Shown here: in pieces, positions 35,501 through 41,244 of the stretch
Layout of the letters: each line of letters begins with the position of its first letter
Numbering within the stretch: the first letter of the stretch is position 1
Source: a virus
Taxonomy: Duplodnaviria > Caudoviricetes
Length of the DNA: 41,244 nucleotides
IMG/VR virus record: IMGVR_UViG_3300030207_001373
Span: 1 to 41,244 of that record
Direction: 5' to 3' (one strand)
The notes under the pieces: generated by a model
Seen by the model: the letters and a program-made list of their open reading frames with translations, nothing else
What the model was told of the DNA's origin: nothing
Database searches by the model: none
Translations under genes and position numbers: made by a program

Positions 35501-38500
35501 GTTTGCTTCTCTAACCTGTATTGCAATATCTATTTTTTGTGATGCAAAGTTTTCTACGTGATTTAATATAGCACCTCTAATATGTAAACCACCATTTTGA
35601 CTATTTAATGTCGCAAGATGATACCATTTATTACCACTAAACTGACTTTCATCGTCTATTGTAAAAGTATAATCATGCTCTGTAGCATCTGTAGTTGTAA
35701 ATTTATTTCTTGATTCTGTCTCTGTATAATACCTGTCGTCGTGGTTGTGAGTACCTACTGGAACATTAGTTAAATTACTACCATCACCATAAAAATAATT
35801 TGCATAAACTCTATTCCATCTATTTCCATTTAAACCTAAATCAAAGCTACCAGAAGCACCTTGTGGATAAAAACCACTATTTGCCGCTGACCAAGTTAAT
35901 TGTTTTAATGTAGTACCTGTGTATGAGTTTAAATAAAGATGACCAGTTGTGCCACTTGATCCAGCTTGTATTGTTGCTCTATCTGTGTTGCTAGTAAATA
36001 AACTAAGTCTATCTGAAGTTATAGTATTTACATCTAAATCTCTTGCTGCTAAATTTGAAGTTGATGATATGCTTACCGATCCTGTTGCTGAAGGTGTTGA
36101 TGTTGTAAGACCAAAAACGAATCTATCATTAGCCTCGTCCCATATCATCGCAGCGTTATCACCAGTACTACCTCTTTCTATTATTAAACCAGAATCATTA
36201 GAGTTAGAATTTGCTCCTCTATTTAAACCTATAATATTATCTGATAAATCTAAATTAGTAGCGTTTACAGTAGTTGTTGTGCCGTTTACTTGAAAATCAC
36301 CAGTAACAGTTACGTTGCCTGCAAAAGTGGCGTTTTGTGACGTGTCAAGTGTTAGCGCAGTTGTATTAGCAGTCACAAGAGCTAGTTCACCATCACTTGT
36401 GGTTGAACCTATATAAAATCCATCACCACCACCGCCAGATGTAAAATCTTGAGTTGCTATTTTATATTCATCAGATCCACCATTGTTTCTAAATATAATT
36501 TGCTGGTCATCATCATCTGAATTGTCTTGTAAATAAATTTTAGGTGCTCCTGCTATTATATGTAGATCACCAGTCATAGCACTACTAGAACCTCCAGTTT
36601 CTAAAACGTATCTAGCATCCGCATCAGATTGACTAATACCACCAGAACCACTAACATCTGTAAAAGAAGCTGTTACAGTTCCTCCGTCTTGTTGGGTTAA
36701 GGTTAATGTTTTTGTTGTTGTACCAGAAAAGGCTGCTGAAGTTATAGAGTTATTATATGCTGTATTCCATTGACCTATTTTAGTAGCAGTAACTATTCCA
36801 CCACCAACATGTAATTCTGCGTTAGTGTAATCTGAAGCATGTGTGTGAAATTGAAACTCTGCGCCACCGCTTCCAACTCTTGTTAAAATCAAATCACCAT
36901 TACTATCAGCGTAGAATTGTATTCTATTGTCGTTTTCATTTTTAAACTCTAAAGTAGGTGATGCACCAGTGCCATCATCTAAAATTAAATCACCTGTTAA
37001 TGTGCCACCAGTTAATGGTAATTTACCTGCAATACTATCTGTAACTGTTGTACTAAAGTTTGCGTCGTCACCTAATGCCGCAGCTAATTCGTTTAATGTA
37101 TTTAATGTGCCAGGTGCTGAATCTACTAAATCTGCTACAGCTGTACTAACAAAAGCAGTTGTTGCTATTCTAGTACTATCATTACCCGCGGATTGTGTTG
37201 GTGCTGTTGGGTTGTTAGTTAAAGCAGCACCAGAAAACATTGTAGCTTTACTTTCATTTGTTACGTTACCTAAACCAACATCAGAAGCTGTTGTATTAGA
37301 GTTTAACATACTAGAATTATCTGTATACGCTAATTCTTTTGCAGTACCCCAATTACTAGCACTTAAACCTGCTTGGTAATGGCGTATTTTATATGAGTTT
37401 TTATCAAAAGCTAAAACGTTAGCATTACCACCAGAACTATCTGAATAAGAGTTTAAAACAAGAACATCATGCCAGTCAGACCCTGTGCTAGTACCATCTT
37501 CTAAACCTTCTTTAGCTGAAAAGAATAATTTTAAATCATCACTATAAGATAGATCTTCTGGAGCCATATCTCTATCATCAAAAGCTTGTAGATTATTTGC
37601 TTGCGCAATTGTACCAGATGATGTTAAATAACCAGCAGATGCATGGTTGCCCCAGCCATATGCAGTGTCCCAGTTTGTATCTTTTCTAGTACCAGCGCCA
37701 GTACCACTTCCAGGTTTACTATATATACCTTCGTTATACATTAATTTACCATCAGCAAGAACAGTAAGTGTTGACTCTGTTGTTCCTAATATTATAGAAG
37801 CACCTGAGCCATATGATTTTGAATCAGAGTGAAAATGTGTTATGTAACCTCTTTGAGTTCCATTTAAATTATCATCAAACTCTATACCAACACCATTTCC
37901 ATTATTAATATTTTGAACTATCAGTGGATATGGTGTAGTAGAACTATCTTGAGTTAATTTAATAACACCAGTCCCAGTATCATCAGCATCAGATCTTAAA
38001 TATTTTGATTGTGTAGAGCTTGATGTTAAGTAATTTGGATTAGAACTTGGTACCCATGTTGGAGTTACGTCTGCATTTGTAGCTATGGTATCTAATTTAG
38101 TACCATCGGTGGCTATATCTCTACCATCAACTGTACCTGATAAAGCTACGTTACCAGATCTATTAACGCTAAACACGTTTGCTAATGTTAAATCACTACC
38201 TACAGCTGTTGTTGAATTTGACGCTTCTGAGTACCATGTTAGTTGCGTGCCGGATATAGATAAAGCTGAATGACCACCTTCAAAGTTTCCGTATGTAGAA
38301 ACAAAATCCCCACTTGCACTTGTTTTACCTTCAGCACCATAACCTATTAAAAGATTACCACTAGAAGCGTGAGAACTTATTACACCTAATCTATCTGCAG
38401 TTGTATATGTTTGAGATAATATTCTACCACCAGTAGTTGCCGATGGACCTGCGGTAATATTACCTGTAAATTTAGAATTTTGCGATGAATCTATTACTAA

Positions 38501-40006
38501 ACCATCTGTGGTACCATTTTGTAATCTTACATTAGCAGAAGAACCTGATGCTACTACAATATCAGTAGTTGATGAAAAATAACCAGATCTAATTTTTCTA
38601 GTAGCTACACCACTAGTACTGTCTACTCTAACCTCACCATTAACATGTAGTTCTACTCCAGCAGCTGGTGCAGTACCAATACCTACGTTTTGCGATGTGT
38701 CTATTGTAATAGCTGCAGTGTTGTTTGATAAAATTTCAAGATTATGTTCAGTAGATGTACCAACTCTACCCACACTAGCACCCATTATTTTTGTTGTAGC
38801 GCCGCCGCTTTCAGCAGCTGAAATTGTAGCGTTTGATGCGGTAGTTGTTATATTACCAGTTGCAGTTACATGACCATTTTGTCCATCTACTGTGAATATC
38901 TGGTCTGAAGCTCCTATTGCACTAGCGTTACCACCATGTCTACCAATAAAGAAACTAGAATTAGCAGCTGAGCTTTGATTATCATTTGAATCTAGGTTTA
39001 CAATAAAAGAACCATAAGTATTTACTCTTATATCATCTCCAGTTCCACCATCTAATTGTCTAGACGTAATAGAGTGGTTTGTTTCACCACCACCATAAAA
39101 AGTTATATAATCACCTATAGAGTCTAGGTTTATTTGATTTGCTGTTATCGTCGCACTAGCGGTTATATTGTCAACACCAGTTAAATTACCTGATATATCA
39201 GCGTTACCGTTTATGTCTAAGCTAGTAGCAGTTATAGATCCAATATTTTTTAAGTTTCTACTTAAATCTATAAACTGTGTATTACCACCATCACCTATGT
39301 ATAATCCATTATCACTAGCTGTTGTACTATCTGCTCTAAATTTAAATTCTACTCTATTTGACCAAGTTGTATCGTTACCAGGAAAACCATATGCGTGAAA
39401 ACCACCTTCAGCTGACATTAATACTTGTTCAGTCGCTAGGTTTACATTACTCCTTATAACACCACTAGTATCACCAGCTCTCAACCATACTGTATCATCA
39501 ATACCTAAAGCAACAGCTCTGTACTCACTTACTCTTGCAAGTATTGTTGATTCTGTACCGTTTTGATCAACTTTTAATAAAGGTACCTCTGTAGAATATT
39601 CACCTGTATCACCTGATGGCTCATAATCAAATACTATATAACCATTTGTAGTAGTAAACGTAAGCTTGTTGCTCATGGTTGTGGCACCACTTAGTGATAA
39701 CGTACCGTTTATATTTGGGTTTTCTAAATTTAATGTTGTATTAGCACCACCCAACGTAAGTGTTACTGCGCTACCGTCACCTTTTATACTACCAGACTGT
39801 TCAAATATAATATCAACGTTATTTGTACCGTCACCAATATAAACATCAGATGAGCCATCACCTAATAAAATATCACCAACAGCATTAGTTAAAACTAAAT
39901 TGTTTCCGTCTTGATCTATTTTACCGGCATTAGCACCTGCAGCTGTTTTAAACTGTATGTGACCAGCATCGTCTATTGTTATGTTATTTAAAAACGGTAT
40001 TGCCAT
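32552..40006 (-). CDS. Long tail fibre with C-terminal intramolecular chaperone (peptidase S74)
   Basis: 2484 aa, Gly/Thr/Ser-rich. Fibre motifs PTAPT..STRIATTAFV, APGTLNTLNELAAALGDDANF and HNHDDRYYTE. The C-terminal S74 domain reads SDKRVKKDIETI...GVIAQEV...LIEAVKEL (~32570-32856). Confidence 0.9.
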   Translation of the reverse strand: MAIPFLNNITIDDAGHIQFKTAAGANAGKIDQDGNNLVLTNAVGDILLGDGSSDVYIGDGTNNVDIIFEQSGSIKGDGSAVTLTLGGANTTLNLENPNINGTLSLSGATTMSNKLTFTTTNGYIVFDYEPSGDTGEYSTEVPLLKVDQNGTESTILARVSEYRAVALGIDDTVWLRAGDTSGVIRSNVNLATEQVLMSAEGGFHAYGFPGNDTTWSNRVEFKFRADSTTASDNGLYIGDGGNTQFIDLSRNLKNIGSITATSLDINGNADISGNLTGVDNITASATITANQINLDSIGDYITFYGGGETNHSITSRQLDGGTGDDIRVNTYGSFIVNLDSNDNQSSAANSSFFIGRHGGNASAIGASDQIFTVDGQNGHVTATGNITTTASNATISAAESGGATTKIMGASVGRVGTSTEHNLEILSNNTAAITIDTSQNVGIGTAPAAGVELHVNGEVRVDSTSGVATRKIRSGYFSSTTDIVVASGSSANVRLQNGTTDGLVIDSSQNSKFTGNITAGPSATTGGRILSQTYTTADRLGVISSHASSGNLLIGYGAEGKTSASGDFVSTYGNFEGGHSALSISGTQLTWYSEASNSTTAVGSDLTLANVFSVNRSGNVALSGTVDGRDIATDGTKLDTIATNADVTPTWVPSSNPNYLTSSSTQSKYLRSDADDTGTGVIKLTQDSSTTPYPLIVQNINNGNGVGIEFDDNLNGTQRGYITHFHSDSKSYGSGASIILGTTESTLTVLADGKLMYNEGIYSKPGSGTGAGTRKDTNWDTAYGWGNHASAGYLTSSGTIAQANNLQAFDDRDMAPEDLSYSDDLKLFFSAKEGLEDGTSTGSDWHDVLVLNSYSDSSGGNANVLAFDKNSYKIRHYQAGLSASNWGTAKELAYTDNSSMLNSNTTASDVGLGNVTNESKATMFSGAALTNNPTAPTQSAGNDSTRIATTAFVSTAVADLVDSAPGTLNTLNELAAALGDDANFSTTVTDSIAGKLPLTGGTLTGDLILDDGTGASPTLEFKNENDNRIQFYADSNGDLILTRVGSGGAEFQFHTHASDYTNAELHVGGGIVTATKIGQWNTAYNNSITSAAFSGTTTKTLTLTQQDGGTVTASFTDVSGSGGISQSDADARYVLETGGSSSAMTGDLHIIAGAPKIYLQDNSDDDDQQIIFRNNGGSDEYKIATQDFTSGGGGDGFYIGSTTSDGELALVTANTTALTLDTSQNATFAGNVTVTGDFQVNGTTTTVNATNLDLSDNIIGLNRGANSNSNDSGLIIERGSTGDNAAMIWDEANDRFVFGLTTSTPSATGSVSISSTSNLAARDLDVNTITSDRLSLFTSNTDRATIQAGSSGTTGHLYLNSYTGTTLKQLTWSAANSGFYPQGASGSFDLGLNGNRWNRVYANYFYGDGSNLTNVPVGTHNHDDRYYTETESRNKFTTTDATEHDYTFTIDDESQFSGNKWYHLATLNSQNGGLHIRGAILNHVENFASQKIDIAIQVREANDGGQLEITGSLDVLHNATSGTDRAGIRVIKSAENGTYDEFKVYLRTTRYQQVTLRMTEQGTTVFNTSHGSPATSEPAPVSGGHVELDTSSTPEGNYVIDNSTIKEIYHEGHKPTYSELGAMNYSNLTGTVPTWNQDTSGNAATATALETARTIGGVSFNGTANINLPGVNTSGTQDTTGNAATASSTGLLTDGGNLTTHPGTNNLLFTGQISAGTSGLFSTSDNSNAVITLNRHSGNYNSQLGFSSNGAIYYRKFSNSNNNSQGWNEIAFTNNSGMLNSNVTLSSLGAAAASHNHDHDALTNYVANEHIDWTAENAGTIHTSNYVNTVDMGSGFIVANNGGTQQFTIVEDNALRFAGTGAATVSFNATTKKVTINSPAETYTAHDNITAASSVDNSGNTFIQDLTLDSNGHVTGVVSAGVSIPTHDNLTGYVANEHIDWTVEDSSNIHINNIPDLSGTYLTSIDITADTSPALGADLNMAGFAMYEDAENSYSIDLKDHSNYTWLRNVPGIWTFQQGTSGDNWTKTFHLYLPDAGSTANNVLMQLGQRTSNETNGRYKGVRIVKYSGSSVVDGYLQAGDMYAVGGIAIGDTSDTTVTRHSAGHLETSLYRIFDDGYHPNADKLTTARTIAGVSFDGTANIALNNANITNGAGYTTNVGDITQVSAGAGLTGGATSGNATLNLDIDGTNSYIHMNNTVTPTTGDFIPFHDTNDNVVRKATISTILGLSGTQGKSLTSSGDRYDVIPYVASDGVMEVGRYIDFHTSDGSTSDFAHRLTVNGSTLNFSAGIAGTSASFSSTVDMNSNARFNFTSGSKGSQFETATTAVQTFRCDSDRYRIYMGAERFTVTDTGRVGINDSTPDYTLDVSGNVSGISIYASHDIAAYSDKRVKKDIETIEDALQKVNKLRGVTFKRKDEESDKVHMGVIAQEVQEVIPEVVTARESDGHLSVSYSNMVGVLIEAVKELTAEVEELKKCKCENCNCK

Positions 40007-40016
40007 GTTTTATATT

Positions 40017-41244
40017 TTAAATTCTTCCTGATATTCTTTTTTTACTAGCACCACTATGAATTGATCTTGATTCAAAATGTCTTGATTTCATTTTTGTTTT
40101 TGAACCAAGTGTTATTTCTAAATCTTTTACGTAACCTATTTCTTCTTGATTATCACTATCTATTCTGTAACCAGCTATTAATTTATAGCCGTATTTTTGT
40201 GCAGTTAGAGTTAATGTTTTTTGTTCCCAAGCACCTTGACTAGCACTTGTAAATTGTGTTTGTTCTAAAAAACCATACACATTACTATTTTTAACATCGT
40301 TACTACTACTGACATTAAAAGTTGATGTATGTTCTCCACTCAAAATGGAATATCTGCCTAACCATCTTTCAGTAGCTTTTCTAGCAGTTAAATAAGGTCT
40401 TGTATAACTTCCATCAGATTGACCTTTAAATTCACCTGTTACTGTAACACTTGTGTTTGGTGGTACATATATATGAGATTGACAAGCTAACGCGTGTTCT
40501 GATTTTAAATTAAAAAGCGTCCATATCTTATCGTTGTTTTCTTGATATATTAGGTTAGTTGCTTCTATAACAGCTTTATGGTTTTCTTCAAAATTAAAAT
40601 CAAACCATTCACTTAACATACCAAAACCTGGGTTTCTAACATAATCAGCTCTACTGTCCCAACCGCTTTGTCCCATATAATCATTTGAATCAACAAGACC
40701 AAAAGTGTCTGTATAACCAGCATATATGCCTGGCATTTGTTTAAAGTATTTGTTTTGAAAATATGAATCTCTAAATTCAACTGGTCCTCCACCCATACCT
40801 ATATAAGGTATACTTCTAAAACCATCAAAGTGCATTCTTCTAAATTGTATTCCAGATGATTGGTAATAACAATAAAAAGGTCTTTGTTCGTGGTTCAAGA
40901 AAATGTTATTATGTATTGAGTTTATGTTTCTCATGTGATGAAGCAGCCAAGCATAATCATCAGATCTTGTTGAGTAGTTATATGCGTATTCTGGGTTATC
41001 ATACATTGCGCCATTATCTACATTTGCATAACCATTTCTTGTAGCGTAATTATTTACAAACTGCACGTTATAATGAGAAGACCATTGCCAAAATCCTCTT
41101 TGACCAGCGTTAACTGAAATACAGTTTCTCCATATAAAACCTATAGGATGTCTACTGTTCATTCCAGTATAATTACTAGAATTATTTGAGCTGTGTACTA
41201 CACAGTTTTGATAACCACTTTGATAATCTTGTCTTGAGTTTGTA
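40017..41244 (-). CDS. Tail spike / fibre with right-handed beta-helix and C-terminal jelly-roll-like domain (5' end outside the window)
   Basis: The frame stays open upstream of the track's ATG (41162) to the window edge (TNSRQDYQSGYQNCVVHSSNN...). Asn-ladder repeats (YQNCVV, WRNCIS, FVNNYA, IHNNIF) are followed by a beta-sandwich (AWEQKTLTLT...YVKDLEITL). Confidence 0.65.
   Translation of the reverse strand, partial: TNSRQDYQSGYQNCVVHSSNNSSNYTGMNSRHPIGFIWRNCISVNAGQRGFWQWSSHYNVQFVNNYATRNGYANVDNGAMYDNPEYAYNYSTRSDDYAWLLHHMRNINSIHNNIFLNHEQRPFYCYYQSSGIQFRRMHFDGFRSIPYIGMGGGPVEFRDSYFQNKYFKQMPGIYAGYTDTFGLVDSNDYMGQSGWDSRADYVRNPGFGMLSEWFDFNFEENHKAVIEATNLIYQENNDKIWTLFNLKSEHALACQSHIYVPPNTSVTVTGEFKGQSDGSYTRPYLTARKATERWLGRYSILSGEHTSTFNVSSSNDVKNSNVYGFLEQTQFTSASQGAWEQKTLTLTAQKYGYKLIAGYRIDSDNQEEIGYVKDLEITLGSKTKMKSRHFESRSIHSGASKKRISGRI

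Larger units (their letters stand above)
1..41244 (-). mobile_element. Bacteriophage genome segment: virion structural/packaging module of a crAss-like podovirus, probably infecting Bacteroidota
   Basis: Contiguous co-oriented TerL-portal-scaffold-MCP-ring-nozzle-cargo genes plus tail fibres, and no cellular housekeeping genes. Leaders are AT-rich and lack Shine-Dalgarno sites. A BACON domain and a signal peptide followed by Gln point to a Bacteroidota host. Confidence 0.93.

Noticed and set aside
755-41044. Numerous plus-strand ORFs of 60-150 aa in the track
   Set aside because: They lie antisense to long genuine genes and have the Ser/Leu/Phe-rich composition of shadow frames, with no recognisable motifs.
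32552-41244. Diversity-generating retroelement or invertible cassette acting on the fibres
   Set aside because: No reverse transcriptase, recombinase or near-identical template/variable repeat pair is visible in the window.
1-41244. tRNA, rRNA, CRISPR array, integrase or endolysin/holin genes
   Set aside because: Intergenic spaces are at most about 70 nt, no regularly spaced repeats were seen, and no ORF shows the relevant motifs.

Overview
The whole window is a fragment of an AT-rich tailed dsDNA phage genome. It carries the virion/morphogenesis module, with every confidently called gene on the minus strand in the standard genetic code. In transcription order it encodes a beta-helix spike (partial), a 2484-aa tail fibre with a C-terminal S74 chaperone, a GAMT/RMT2-type methyltransferase, a BACON/poly-Gly fibre-tip protein, small proteins, a tandem GroES-like co-chaperonin, putative TerS, TerL, portal, scaffold, major capsid protein, ring/adaptor proteins, a nozzle (muzzle) protein, a cupin, three ejection/cargo proteins (212, 417 and 2940 aa) and a signal-peptide outer-membrane-like protein (partial). 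Gene order and motifs resemble crAss-like podoviruses of Bacteroidota, and the host is probably a flavobacterium (inference). Best leads: (1) a ~0.7-kb GC-rich island inside terL that folds into consecutive hairpins whose wobble pairs all work on the antisense strand, and that also keeps a 212-codon +1 frame open; (2) a 2940-aa ejected polyvalent protein with zincin, sigma-like, HNH-like and HAD domains separated by a recurring LDFS-like linker, and no virion RNA polymerase motif; (3) a guanidino-type methyltransferase translationally coupled between the tail fibre and a protein ending in poly-Gly-Arg-Gly. All calls come from motifs read by eye; no searches or folding programs were run.
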